A stretch of 64,000 nucleotides of DNA. It comes from Anolis carolinensis (Eukaryota). Made by a program: the position numbers and the translations under genes. Shown here in pieces: positions 24,698 to 37,779 of this stretch (position 1 is the first letter of the stretch; the number at the start of each line of letters is the position of its first letter). The DNA lies in the NCBI RefSeq assembly GCF_035594765.1, contig NC_085841.1, positions 302,569,402 to 302,633,401 of the forward strand, in the 5' to 3' direction. Below the pieces are notes generated by a model. That model searched no databases. It saw only the letters and a list, made by a program, of their open reading frames with translations, and had not been told where the DNA came from.

Positions 24698-25022
24698 CAG
24701 TAGTCTCGCTTATCCAACCTTCTGTATTATCCAATGCAGTTTACCTTTTAGTAGTCAGTGTTTTTGTAGTCATTGTTTTCAATACATTGCAATGTTTTGG
24801 TGCTAAATTCGTAAATACAGTCATTACTACATAACGTTACTGTGTATTAAGCTGCTTTTTCTGTTGATTGTTGTAACACATGATGTTTTGGTGCTTAATT
24901 TGTAAAAAAAAAAGTAATTTGATGTTTAATAGGCTTTTCCTTAATCCTTCCTTATTATCCAACATTTTTGCTTATCCAACGTTCTGCCGGCCCATTTATG
25001 TTGGATAAGCGAGACTCTACTG
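24698..25022. mobile_element. Tc1/mariner (Tigger/pogo-like) MITE, inserted in an L2 3' remnant that begins ~24550
   Basis: TIRs CAGTAG(AG)TCTCGCTTATCCAAC, TA TSD. Second copy in the opposite orientation at 49685-50007. Confidence 0.88.
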
Positions 25023-25152
25023 TACATAGTACTGTGTGAACTTAGGTTGGAATAGTCAAAATACAATAAATATAATAAAAATTGCATGTAAACCCTGCTT
25101 TTATAAGAGGGGTGGTGGGTCTTTGCAACCTCTTTTCAATATCGTCTTGCAG

Positions 25153-25291
25153 CCGTGGCTCTGAACAAGATCTCCCCACACCAGCCCAGCATGTTTTCTC
25201 AGCCAACCCTGACCCCAGCTTGTTTAGTGCTGAGTCTGTAAACTTCTCTTACATTAACAAGGATGATGCAGGGCTGCTTCCTGCGGAGTGA
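25153..25291 (+). other. Candidate downstream exon of the same unannotated transcript (ORF part)
   Basis: Acceptor CTCTTTTCAATATCGTCTTGCAG|; continues the open frame of 23818-23969 to TGA at 25289-25291; followed by repeat-poor AT-rich sequence with AATAAA at 25433. Confidence 0.3.
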
Positions 25292-25654
25292 AGATCCCTC
25301 TTCTGCGATGGTCTCCACATCCATAGCTTCAAAGGAAAACTTCTGTCAAGTTCTTTTTATCTCATCCCCCACGCAACACAATTAAAGGTCTTGGTCTATA
25401 GCCAGAGTACATCTTGTAACATCTGAAACTGGAATAAATTGTGCATTTAAGTAAAGATGTAAAATGTCTAAAAATTCTGATGCCATGGAAAAAACAATAC
25501 TTTTTTGGGGGGGAAATATTTAAAAAAAAAATAGCACTCTGTACAAATTAAAAGCAGCATCCTTCCTTTAGGAACATAAATGTGTAGCATGTAATTTGAT
25601 TTGACACAAAATTATCATGTTTGATGTGTTAAAACTACAGTTTATTCAGAAATT

Positions 25655-25698
<44 letters not shown>
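25655..25698. repeat. Compound (CA)n(GA)n microsatellite
   Basis: Directly visible. Confidence 0.95.
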
Positions 25699-26819
25699 TT
25701 AAAAATAGAGTCACAAATTCCTGCACTGTATGGAACCTTTTTTATTTGTTCTGTTTATGAAAATCCATTTTAAAAAATTAAGAGGAGATGAAACCAGCAA
25801 CTTCATTAAAATAAAAAAAATTATTTTGTCCCCATAAGCCCTCCATGGTGCCAGCAGAGATAAAACACTCATTCCTATAAAAAGAAGGGGAAACCATAAC
25901 CAGGAATGGCACTGATCTGATACTATTATCTATGCTTCTATGCCAAGTTGATGGGCTGAACTGTTTTTTCCCCCTTCAGATGTGTTTTTTTTTTCTTTCC
26001 TGAAAAGTTGCTTTGGACTGGATAACTCACACACTGGTATATTGACTGCCATTTTGAATAATATCTCATTTAACATAAATACTATTTTCTGCACTGGTTT
26101 TAAATATGGTAAGGAGGAAATAAAGATACAAATAACTTCTTCAACATTTCATTTATCGTTCTAAATAAAAATACTCCACACTCTATTTAAACAAAATCCA
26201 GAAAAAATCAGGCTATCATGGTAAAAGGGGGAAAATCTTTTTTCCAGATTTTGTCTGTGTGTCCTCCCCCATCCCACCCACCCACCTCCTAGTATTTCAC
26301 ATCTCTTCATTTAAGACAATTGGAATGCATTACAACTTTAATCATATTATTATTTTTGTAATGTGTTTCTCTTTTTTTTCTCCCAGGGTTTTTAGATGTT
26401 TATTCTATTATAAATTAATTGATATAATTGATATTACCAATTTAGGAGGATTATTTAAAACCCTTTAGGATGAGGTGAGAATCATGCGACCTGCCAGATT
26501 CACATCCCAGCGTTCTTCCCCTAATGGCAATGTTATCTGGGATTGTTCGGACATGCAGTCCAACAATATCCAGAGGACTGTATGATGCCCACACTGACTT
26601 TATGTCCTTCTCTGCAGATACATTTCAAATTGCAACCATTGTGCCAGCAGGCTATTTGATTTGGAGCTAGTTCTTTTCAATTTCTATCTCTGTTTCTCCA
26701 ATATTGTTGTGTGCCAGCTTGTTTCCAACTTACAGCAACTCTAAAGCAAACCCATCACAGGAGTTTCTTGGTAAAAATTATTCAAAAGGGTTTATTATTA
26801 TCTTCTTCTGAGTCCAAAT

Positions 26820-27012
26820 GTTTATCTACACTGTAGAATTAATGTAGTTTACCACCACTATCTGCCACAACTCAATGTTATGAAACCCTGAGGGGTTGTA
26901 GTTGGTGAGGAACCAGCATTCTTTGACAGATAAGTTTAAGACCCTTGTACAACTCCAATTATTCCATAGCACTGAGTGGCCAGACTGCATTAATTCTACA
27001 GTTTAGATGCAG
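26820..27012. mobile_element. Palindromic MITE (PIF/Harbinger-like). Related copies at ~30076-30300, ~35937-36157, ~54590-54790, ~61380-61470 and ~63845-63960
   Basis: Terminal inverted ATCTACACTGTAGAATTAATG / CATTAATTCTACAGTTTAGAT; shared internal motifs between copies. Confidence 0.65.
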
Positions 27013-27139
27013 CCCAAGATGTGACATGGTCAAGATAACTCACTGGGTTTCCATGGCTGAGTGGAGATTTGAACCCTGGTCTCCAAAGTAACAGTCCAGT
27101 GTTCAAATCCCTATACCACATTGGCTCTGCAACTCAAAT

Positions 27140-27520
27140 GTGTGCGTAATGTGCCTTCAAGTTTCCTGTTGATTTATGGCAATCTCTCGTATTGCCATTT
27201 CATGAATTTCATAGAGAATTCTCAGGCAAGGACTACTCAGGGATGGTTTTGCCAGTTCCTTCCTCTGAAATATAACCCACAGCACCTGCTATTCATTAGT
27301 GATATCTCATCCAAGTCCTAACAAGGGCTGACTCTGCTTGGCCTCCAAGATCAGACAAGATCTGTTGCCTTCAGGGCAGTGGTTCTCAACCTGTAGGTCT
27401 CCAGATGTTTTGGCCTAAACAGAATTCCTAAACAGCTGGTAAACTGGCTAGGATTTCTGGGAGTTGTAAGCCAAAACATCTGGAGACCCACAAGTTGAGA
27501 ATCACTGCTTTAGGGTATTA
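27140..27520 (-). mobile_element. 5S rRNA-derived SINE, interrupted by a hAT MITE
   Basis: Reverse complement CTGAAGGCAACAGATCTTGTCTGATCTTGGAGGCCAAGCAGAGTCAGCCCTTGTTAGGACTTGGATGAGA aligns with vertebrate 5S rRNA, followed by a non-5S tail shared with other copies. Confidence 0.75.
27377..27507. mobile_element. Short hAT MITE (partial second copy at ~52810-52928)
   Basis: TIRs CAGTGGTTCTCAAC / GTTGAGAATCACTG; TSD CTTCAGGG / CTTTAGGG. Confidence 0.88.
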
Positions 27521-28409
27521 GAGCAGCAAAAACAGGAAGTATGGTGATGTCAATTGGACCTGACCATGAAATGTGTGCAGCAGGTAGTCCTTCTTCCTGG
27601 CATGTCTACATGGAGTCCAAACCTCTTCCAGAAGGGCCATGTCCACACACAGTCCATTTCCTTGTAGAAGTTTGTAGTGTAGATACAAACTCCAGGGAAA
27701 TAAGCACATATGCCATTGGGATCTGATCTGGTCAACAGTACTCGAATCTTTTGTGTTCCAAGTGATTTGCAACATGTTTATAAACCCAAACAGACAATAA
27801 TGAGATCTCTAACTCTGTGTCCTTTGTCTCTGGTCCTACTCATATGTTTTTCTGTGGTAATAATACCCATTTATTCTGTGTGGTCTGTTGAAGATCTCTT
27901 CTAAAATGTAAGGGGGTATTTAAGTTTTTCTTCTCCTGGATCAGTTGCACTTGACAAATATCCACCAGAAAAGCTTATTTTCATCCAGGTTGTGTCAGTT
28001 CAGTGTTTTCCGTGTTCTGCTGGTGAAAGGGATGTCCCAGGAGCTGTGCTCTCCGGCTAAACTCTTTAGGCAATTGTGCAACCAATAGCCCTCAAGAATC
28101 TAGTCCATACTACAGAGATCAAAAGCTTCTTTTTGTATCTCAAAGCTTTTTAACTGGTAATCTTTCAGCACAACATTACTCCTTAATGGGCTCTAATGCT
28201 TGAATTGACACTTCAGAGTTGGCATGTTACTTTTCTTGTGTACTGTTTAGAAACACCATAATTTCATGTGGTACCTCCAGATGGAGCACCAAAATTTGGG
28301 AAAATTACTGTTCTGTAGCTCCCACACTGGCTGGAGTATTCTGAGGGTTGTAGATGAAAAAAAAGTAACGTTTCCAAGCTCAATGCATTCAGTGGAGTTT
28401 ATTTCCAGG

Positions 28410-28620
28410 TAACCTAAACACCCTATAAGCACTGGATCCTGCCTGATTTTGGAAGATATGCAGGCTCAGTCCTGGTTAGTACTTCAATGGGAGACCACCA
28501 AAGAATACCAAATGCTATAGTCTTTTTTTTTTTTCATATGAAGGAACTGGCAAAATCATCTTTGAGAATTCATTGCCTATGAAATTCATAGGGTCATAAT
28601 TGTTAACTTGTAGGCACAAA
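28410..28620 (+). mobile_element. 5S rRNA-derived SINE
   Basis: GATCCTGCCTGATTTTGGAAGATATGCAGGCTCAGTCCTGGTTAGTACTTCAATGGGAGACCACCAAAGAATACCAAATGCT is 5S-like (A/IE/C box region) and is followed by the shared tail. Confidence 0.78.
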
Positions 28621-29096
28621 CACATTTTTAACAATGGAGCTTGAGTTCCTTTTTTGCTACTTTTCTAAATCGATTTCTAAATGATTGCATGCTAAATGAG
28701 TCATAGGAAAAATAATCCACCAGTTAGTAGGTTCTTTTCCAGATTGTTCAATCTGTTTGGAAAAGGTATGACTAGAAACTGGAGGAAGAGGTGGAGGAGA
28801 GAACGCATAGAAGGCAGAATCTGAGGTATGCCAGGACACAGCCTGAAGGCAGAGAAGATGGTCTTGCAACTGCATTGGCTCATGAAACTTGAGAAGGCAG
28901 GGGAAAGCATGGAGAGTTGGCCAGTTTTTCATGCCTTTCAATAAGGAGGGGAGGGGGTGGGCCAAAGATGGGAGAGCACAAAGGAGAGCCAGAATAGGCA
29001 AGAGTGGAAGACATATCGTAGTTTATTAGTGTCAGAAAAGAAAGCTGGTAAAATAAGATAGCATGCACAGTTCACAATCAGAGTAGGTTCCAAATA

Positions 29097-29401
29097 AGGT
29101 TGAACATCCCTTATCTGGAATTCAAGAATCCAAACTCATTCAGATAGGTGGCTGAGATAGTGAACCCTTTTGCTTTTTGGTGGTGAAACTTTGTTTCATG
29201 CGTATAATTATTTAAAACGTATATAAAATTACCTTCAGAATATTTGTATAAGTTGTATATGAAACATAAATTAATTTTGTTTAGATTTGGGTCCCATCTC
29301 CAAGGTTATCTCATTATGTACATTTATGCAAATGCAGACATACCGAAATCTGAAATCTAAAACACTCCTGTTTCCAAACATTTCAGATAAGAAATGACCT
29401 G
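29097..29401. mobile_element. Tigger-like MITE
   Basis: Degenerate TIRs AGGTTGAACATCCCTTATCTG / CAGATAAGAAATGACCTG, TA flanks. Confidence 0.6.
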
Positions 29402-30699
29402 TATTCTATTTATAGGATGAAATTACTCCTATTTGAACTTATTGTTTTATTCTAGGATGTTGGGGACTTTTAAAAGACACTGAACACCCCTTCTCATGAC
29501 ACTTAAGTGTTCTTTGCTTCTGAAGTGTTGTTCTGAACACATTTCTATGTGGTTAAGGATGTCATCATTGTGGACATGAAATTGAATTGCATGTCTTTTG
29601 TATACTCCTATCATGCCTTGCCTTATATTCTTTACTAACTGTCAACGGAGTGAAGAATATCAGGCAAGGCTTGATGAGAGTAAGCATATATTCTTGCATT
29701 TCAAATAACTTGATAAATCTGATCATTTTCTGACTGCTGCTGGCTGATGGTCACTTGTGTACAACTGATAACTATTTTCTTACAATATTCCAACCTCCTT
29801 CACCTTATTAGGCAAAGAACTGTTTGAGAAAAATATATAACGTATGTCTCTTAAACAAGTGATCAAATAACAGCTGAAATCTGTCATGTGAAAATCTGAC
29901 ACTTCTTATGAGCTGGATGTATGAACCCCACAGTTCAATGTGGAGGAGGTTTGGAGTCAAGGTGAAAACGTTTCTGTCACTTCCAGTGTGGCAGATACCA
30001 AATGCTTTGAAATAATACAGACTTTGGTTTCCATTCGTCCTTGGTTCTGAAAGTCATTATGTTTAACCTAACTTAGGATGCATCTATACTGTAGAATTAA
30101 TGCCATTTCATACCCCTTTTAACTGTCATGGCTCAATGCTATGTAATCCTGGGATTTGTAGTTTGGTGAAGCACCAGTATTCCTTGGCAGGGAAGGCTAA
30201 AGACTTTGCAAAATTACAACTTCCATTATTTCCATTGCATTGAGCTATCACAGTTAAAGTGGTATCAAAGTGTAGTAACACTACAATGTGGATCCACTCC
30301 TAGATGGTTCTTGTGTTGAATGAGATCAATGTTAATGGAGTCATGAGGGATTGCTGACTTTTCTATAGAAAGTTGAGTACTGCAGGGGGGGTTTTCCAGC
30401 CTGCCTCTCATTAGATGTGTTAAATAGCAGTTTCCATTATGGCCATGACTGGGGATGAGAATTAGAATGTTGTCTGGGAATGATGGGAATTAGGTCCAAG
30501 ACATCAGAAGCACACAAGGTTGGACAAGGCTGGTATCGTAAATGAAAAGGAGTTCTTTTGGATTCACTTAGTGATTCACAAAAAGTTTGAAAGACAGGAT
30601 AACAATAGTCATATCTTGTGATGGATACAGATTGATTCCAAGACAAAGGAAAGCAGGAATACCCTGTATATTGATAATATTAGAAGAAACTTTTGTTTA

Positions 30700-30828
30700 A
30701 TGTGTTGTTGAAGGCTTTCATGGCTGGAATCACTGGGTTGCTGTGACTTTTCCAGGGTGTATGGAGAGAATGCTGTATGGCTGTGTTCTGAAACATGGCC
30801 ATACAGCCTGGAAAACTCACAGCCTCCC
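30700..30828. mobile_element. Very short inverted Penelope pLTR remnant
   Basis: pLTR 3' end in minus and then plus orientation; 13-bp TSD AAACTTTTGTTTA (30687-30699, 30829-30841). Confidence 0.75.
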
Positions 30829-31060
30829 AAACTTTTGTTTATTTGGTGAGTGATCTGGTTTTCCCTCTAGCAAAATAGGATCATTCTGCAGTTTGTGTAG
30901 TGCCATTGAGGAGACCATTGTCTTTTCTGTCCATCCTTGATAAAATCCCTACAGGCTGGTTGACTCATGCAAGGACTACAATTTGTGGATAAAGAGGGTA
31001 GGAATCATTGATAGATGTAATCAATGCAGAGAGTAGTAAGGCAAGGCAAGAAGACATGTA

Positions 31061-31284
31061 CAGTACAACCCCTGTGTCTGCAGAACCAGTTATCCATGAT
31101 ATCATTTATCCATGTCTGACAAAATATGTCCTCTAGGTGTTTTCTGTGTCCTCTAGCATGACTCTATGATATTCTTGGGATGGAGGTCCTTCATTATAAT
31201 AGGGTTTGCTCTTACCCATGGTTGTGTTATATCCATACAAAGTCTGGATATAACATATCTCCTGCAGATGTGGAGGTTGTACTG
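31061..31284. mobile_element. Tigger-like MITE (related copies ~32512-32814 and ~12278-12480)
   Basis: TIRs CAGTACAACCCCTGTGTCTGCAG / CTGCAGATGTGGAGGTTGTACTG, TA TSD. Confidence 0.75.
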
Positions 31285-33929
31285 TAGATTTAGCCAAACA
31301 TTACTGTCTTAGATTGCCAACCAAATCATATGCAGCTTTACTCCTTGGAGTTTTAATAGTGCTAACTCGCAGGCAGGCATAAGCTTACAGCCCTAAATTT
31401 TGTACTGTCAGCACAGCCTGTTCTTTGTGTGCAGAATGACATATCTGGTCCAGAGCATAGCATCTAAATCTCTTTGTGCAGACAACTGGTCTAGAAGGGA
31501 CACCTGGAGCAGATCTCTCTTGGCAAAGAAAAGAGGCAAGGGAAAACTAAAGGGCCCCTCATTATTGTGTTTGGCACCTACAGTCCCATTCCAACATCAC
31601 CCAGAGGTTTTCCATGGACTTGTTCCAGGGTTACTCAAATCCTTGGCAATCCTCACTGTTGCCAAAGTATGTCTAAACTTTCAGCTACAGCTCAGCATGT
31701 GTAGCCCGTGAGGCAAAAGAGCAAGCGGGAATGAGGTATGCTTCAAGACCTGAATACGCTTTAAGTTAAATGTGACATGAGTGTATAATGAGTCATCAAG
31801 GGATCTAGGGAGGGTTGCTCACTGAAAATATTGCAGTTTTGCAAGGGGTTGGGATGGCAAAATGCCTCATATGTTAGATTCATCTCAATACATTTCTCAT
31901 TTGGGATTGTTTGTCTATGCCAATCTCAATTTTTTTCTTCTTCTCCAACTATTTTATTTTCTTCTACATACAATAATACCTTATAGCCAATGCTATGTTT
32001 TTTCATTAATTTCTCTCTCATTTTTACTTGTGCAATATGTGAAACTTTATCTCAATTAAATAGATGATTTGATTGCAGTAATTAACAAGAGGAAAGGAGG
32101 AAAGAAAGTATAAATAAAAAAGGCACCATATTGTAATTTTGATAGGTCCTGGTCCCTTTCCATGTGGTGTCCATTTCAGATGAATTCACAGAAGCTCTGA
32201 GTTGATCTCAGCCTTACGTAAATTGTTATGCTACCAACCTCTTGAGGAGCAGGAAAACAATTGATCCTACTGTAACCACTCAGGAGAATAATCATGATGT
32301 GGAATGGAGAGCTGAAGGTGTCCTCCTAAAATAAGCTTTTAAGCAGATGAAGGTGCAAAAATCAAAATTCTAATTCTGACAATAAAATTCTAGGTTAATT
32401 ACATCTTTGAGCAGAGATTATACTTATGATGGTTCCTTACACAGGCTTTTCCTGCCTATACAAAATACTTGCTTGCCCCTAAGGCATTTAGCTTACTAGA
32501 GTCTACATTTGCAGTAAGACCACCATAGCTACAGAACCCATATCCATCATTTTAGCTACCTACACGTTGGAGAAAATAGTCTCTCTAGGAATTTTCTAGG
32601 TCCTCCAGGCAATTCTACTGTTGAGTTGCCTTGAAGGACCTAGTAAACTCCTAGAGAGAATATCTCTGTAGGAATCTCTAGGTCCTCAAAGGCAAGTTTA
32701 TGTTATGTCGAGACCAGAAGTGAAGTAATTCAGTGGCATTCATTTGTATCTGTGGGTTCACACAACCACAGTTCAGCTGGAAATACATCTCCTGTGGATA
32801 CTAGTATCTTACTGTACAGTGTATTCAGCAGTTTCAAAAACATGGTGAACATATTTGCATGCTAGCTATCACCATCCTTCATTGTCCTTTTAGACAGCAT
32901 CCATTCAACAGACAAATATGTTTGAGATAAATTTGTTTTGCCGTTTCCTTTTTTCTTTCTCTTAGAGTTTCATTTGTAACCTGGTTTTCATGCTGATTGT
33001 GTATCTTGAATATGCTATGTAATAGATGGCTGCACCACTAGAGCTCAGAAAAAAAAATCATTTTGGCTTAAACTCAGTTCTGCAAAGCATGGCCAGTGAT
33101 CATGTTGGGAGGTGGCCAGGGGAGAGTGTTACTCAGGGAGAGAAGATCTGCCTCCACCGTTCTCACAGACCAGGTATCATTTTGAGAATAGTCACCCCAA
33201 AAGGGTCAAATGGTTAAATCTGGAGAGAGAGGCAAACCGCAAGCTAAAAAGTAGGGGACCGATGACACTGACCATTGTTGGTGCATTGGTCAGGATATTA
33301 TACCAGGAACAACAGTTCTCTGCTGTATTTTGGTTGAAAATAGGAATTTTAGGATATAAATGATGAATCATCAGAACTTTTGCATGTGGAGAAAGGGACA
33401 GTTGAATCTCTGGAAGCTTCAATAGTTTCAGGCCAGAAGAGATGGAACTTTAATATAGACATTGGATTGTATATGGTTGCAGGAAAATACAATCAAGGCA
33501 AAGGGAGAAACTAGTTACAACACTGATACTATTGAACTTAACTACACTTAAAAAATAGAGCAAAGCAGCCAAAAATGACTTTAGAAAGAAAATGAGGAGA
33601 AGCCACTTAGGTACTTTTCATTTATGGACGTTAAATACATAGGGTTGACTGGCCAATACTTTTGGTGTTGCTTTGTGTTTAAGCAAAGAAAAATAACATG
33701 TTGCCCAGTGTATCTTTTTTGACCCTGAGACATTGTTTAAAATTCCAGTGTACCATGAAGTGCACTTTTGTAAAAGTGAACATTTAATTACTTCTTGATC
33801 TCTTACATATTGAGGCAGTTTCCATCTTGCTCTCCATGCTGTCTCTTGCATGGAGAGAAGATGATATATTCCATGGTGTTTTTAGGAGCTAGTCCTTTCA
33901 GAAGAATAGAAAATGTGTTTCATGAATGT

Positions 33930-34160
33930 GTATGTTTGGTGTCTTCAAATTGCCTGAAGTTTTATGGTGACTCCATGAATTTCATAGGACTTTTTTTAGA
34001 CAAGGAATACTCAGGGGTGGTTTTGCTGGTTTCTTCCTCTGAAACAAAGCCTAGAGCACCTGGTCTTTGCTGGTAGTCTCCTATCCAGGTACTAGTGAGG
34101 CATGAACTTGCTTCACTTTCAAAATCAGACAGGATTTCATACCTCTGTGGTATTTAGGTA
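33930..34160 (-). mobile_element. 5S rRNA-derived SINE (more decayed copies at ~39620-39700 and ~40950-41020)
   Basis: Aligns with 27140-27520 and 28410-28620. Confidence 0.7.
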
Positions 34161-34959
34161 TTTCATGCCTCAAGGATATCGTTCCTCAAAATATTAGTAA
34201 GAAAAAGATTGTGGTCATTTCCTGGGAGAGCATTATATGGGCAGTCAGGGATACAACTATAAGAGGTCAAAGCATCACTAGCCAGTCACACTTCATGTCT
34301 CCCGTTTCAAACCGCACCACTATGTCAAAAGAATCAGCCAAACAGGAGCACCCAAAGGCTAATTCAAGAACCAATCTGGAGTGAATGGCTATTTCCATGA
34401 AACAATAGTCATGACATATATCTCAGGACATGGTACATGTTCAGCATTCTGCAAAATAAAGTGTGTCAGAAGGGCGATCCCATTAAGAAAGAAATGATGG
34501 AAGAAGAGAGCATGTAGTTAGACTTTCTTTGTAGTTAGAGGCCAGTTCTTAATTAAGCCTAACAACTGGCCTTATTTAGCTTGTTAACTTCCATGGCAGG
34601 ATAAAGTTGCCATGAGTTTTGGGGGAGAGGGTGAAGGCAGGGAATAATGTGATTTATTTATTTATTAATTAATTGACTGCTTGATAAATAGCTCAAGCTC
34701 TACTTCATTCCCAGTCTGGTCACAGCAAACTTTGAGTCTAGTACTTAGCTCCAAGAGTAAGAAAATGTTACCCTTTGGACTTCTAATCCAGGAATCACCT
34801 AGCCATGTTGGCCAAAAGCCATGCTAGCTGGAGGATTTTGGATGTTACTTTCCAAAGAAAGTAGTATTTCTACAACCTTTGCCACTTATGCCCTTCAAGA
34901 CACTTGCAGGAAAAAGACTGGGGCTACACCTTGGAAAACACTTGGTGAATGCATACCTC

Positions 34960-35109
34960 AAGCTCGCAGGGGTGTTTGTTGGGGGGTGGGGGAAGGACGT
35001 GGCTCTTGTCCCTAGCGGTCTGCCTTCAGTTACCCAGCCTGTGTAATTCTCTGTGACAGTTCAATTCAGAGTGAATCCGGCAGCTTCACAGCGACAGACA
35101 TACAAAAGG
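34960..35109 (+). promoter_or_regulatory. MDK: Candidate MDK alternative promoter / non-coding first exon (distal)
   Basis: G-rich upstream boxes, local CpGs, strong donor AAG|GTGAGC at 35109/35110. Confidence 0.35.
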
Positions 35110-37779
35110 TGAGCCTAGTGGAGCCTGAATAATGAACCAAGAGCTGCTGTCTGTGGATGAGCTGCCTGGGGGGCACGGTGGGGGAAGGGGGCAAAAATGC
35201 TGACCTAGTGTTTCTTTCCCCTAAGCCTTCTTGGCCATCTCTTTCCCCTACACTGAGCATGGCATGTTTCATCCTGATCTGCAGTGCAATCAGTTCTTCC
35301 TCTGTGAAGAAGGAGGGAGCCGAAGCAAAAGGGCCTTTCACCCACTGCATTGTGTCTGATGTTCTTCCAAACTGCCTTTTCCAAAACACTTATGTTTTGA
35401 GGGGGCATAGGGGAAAGAGACTAAATATCTCACAAGTGCACATAACACTGGTTAGATTCTCCAGATTATCATCATCATCATTATCAACAACAACAATAAC
35501 AACAGCAACAACTTTATTTCTAACCTGCCCTCTTCCTCCAAAGGGATTTACAGCGGCTTTCAAACAAAGGTAGACATTCAATGCCATTATTACTAATATA
35601 TCAATGGAGATGTTATATGCCTTCAGGATCAATGTTCAGGAACCTTATGTAGAAGCTCCTGGGAGGTCATCTTTCCACTTTTTTGAGAAATCTAGATTAA
35701 GCAGCCACTGAAAGTTTCTAGCCCTTATGCCTAGGTCCCTGCTTTAACCTCTACCTGTGGTGTGACTACCTGGCTCACATTCAAGGTGCATCTAGGCTGG
35801 TGATATCTAGTGCTACCAATCAAACAACATTTTGCCAGTATTATTTAATTTTTCTTCTTCTTCAGTTGCTTTTGTTTTGTAAGAAAAAAGATGGAAGGGA
35901 TGGTAAAAAATATCCCATGGGACCATAAATGACCGTGGGGCCTTTAACACCACATTTATAGCACCATGATTCCACTTTTACTGCCATGGTCCATTCTATG
36001 GAATCCCAGGATCTGCAGTTTTGGCCGTGGTATTTAAAATTCTCAGCCAAAGAGATCGAGTGCATCACCAAACTACAAATCTCAAGGTACCATATCATTC
36101 TGCCATGGCATCCCACTTTGGGATCATGATGCTATGATTGTGTAGTGTGAAAAGGCTAGAACCCTGTAAAATTTTGCCAGTGATGTAGGACAATAAAGAA
36201 TGAAACTTTATTTACAAATTTCCTCAGTATGCAGTATACCAAACTATGTGTAAGTGCCATACAGGATTGACATTTTTGTACAGGTCACACCTTGGAGAAC
36301 CTTACATTTTAATTTAAGGCACGTAAAAGGGACTTATCTGTGGAGATTTACTGATGAAATCTCAGATGCCAGAAGATGGTTGATTAGGATTTTTATTTGG
36401 TAAAAGAATACATTAAATACCTCACATATATTCCTCTTCAGTGAAACTAACATAAATTATGCAAAAGACATAAATGCAGAAGACATGCAACATTATATAT
36501 ACAGGTTGCAAAATTTATGCTTCATAATAAAATGAACAGGATAGAGCAAGAAAATATCCTTTACAAGAACAGTTTTCAAACTGGTGCTCCAGATGTTTTG
36601 GAGTTCAGCTCTCAGAAGCCCTAACAAGATTGCTAGGGCACCTGGAGGAGCAAAGTTTGAGAATTACTGCTTTCTGCCTTTACTGTCTGCCTTCTTCTTT
36701 TAGCCATTTTAAATGTATAGAACTGAAGCTGAAACTGGTGGCTATTATGTCCTCTAAATTTCAGTAACAAGCTTGATAAAATGGATGTGGTCTTTATTCG
36801 GTGGCCACATTCTCATGATGAATTAGCAGAGTCCCTCTTGTGGTATAGTCATATTCATAATCTGCCATCTTCTTGCATCATTGTGCCACCAAAAGGGCTT
36901 GTGCATATGGGATAGGACCCCTTTGGGTATTCTAGCAAATCCGGTATGACTAAATAGGAACTTTGTTTTCTGCTCAGTCCCTGGTCTCTTTGTTGAGCAG
37001 CACCAGGGGAGTTATTTTCCTGGCTCTACATTTGATGACCTGACCTGTCACCCTTGCTGCTGGGTTCTGCTAGATGAGTAGAAATTGCATTCATGCCTTG
37101 TTGCACGAATGGGGGGGAGCACAGCTGCTTGTTTCTGCATATGGGCAAAATCAATGGACAGGGACAGAATGGAATACGGGTGACTAGTTTTTGCTATAGG
37201 GTTCCCTATTGCTAGCCCTTCAGAAGAGCAGAAGATTTCTTCAGAAGATAAATGGCCAGGTGATGGTATCCCAGACTGCGGAATAATCTGCCACTCTTGG
37301 CATTGGCAGTTCAGATCTCTTGCTTCACTATTGCGGCACAGACTTGCCAAAATGCACAACTGCAAAACAATTGCGCAGACATCTCCTTTCTTCTTTACAC
37401 CTGTTCCCTTTCCTGGTGGTGTGTGTATGGTGTGTTGGTGCACACAGACATGCACACACACACACACTTAGTTCCTAGCTAGCTCCCTTACTCCCAGCCT
37501 TGTTTCCATAGACCCTTTTGTGGGGATATGGTAATAGGCTGACATTAAGAGAGCCAGCAGGGGGAGCAGCCTGCCTTCTAAAGCTCCACATGGGATCTAA
37601 TTGTGTTGGGCTTTTATTTTTAATCTTCTGTTTTAGTTCTCCAAAACTGTGCCTGTCGGGGTTTCTTTTTCCCACCCTGGATTCTTTTTGAGCTGCATAA
37701 AAGTTCCATGGCAGCTGAGATTCCCCCCAACCTCGGGGAGCTTTGGCATTGGCGAGATAGCCTGCTGAGCGCAAGAATA

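Noticed and set aside
25960-26020. MALAT1-like triple helix with tRNA-like 3' module (TTTTTCTTTCCTGAAAAGTTGCTTT)
   Set aside because: No matching A-rich tract and no downstream tRNA-like structure.
27280-28520. 5S rRNA genes
   Set aside because: Heavily diverged, dispersed and joined to a shared non-5S tail, so they are SINE heads and not functional rRNA genes.
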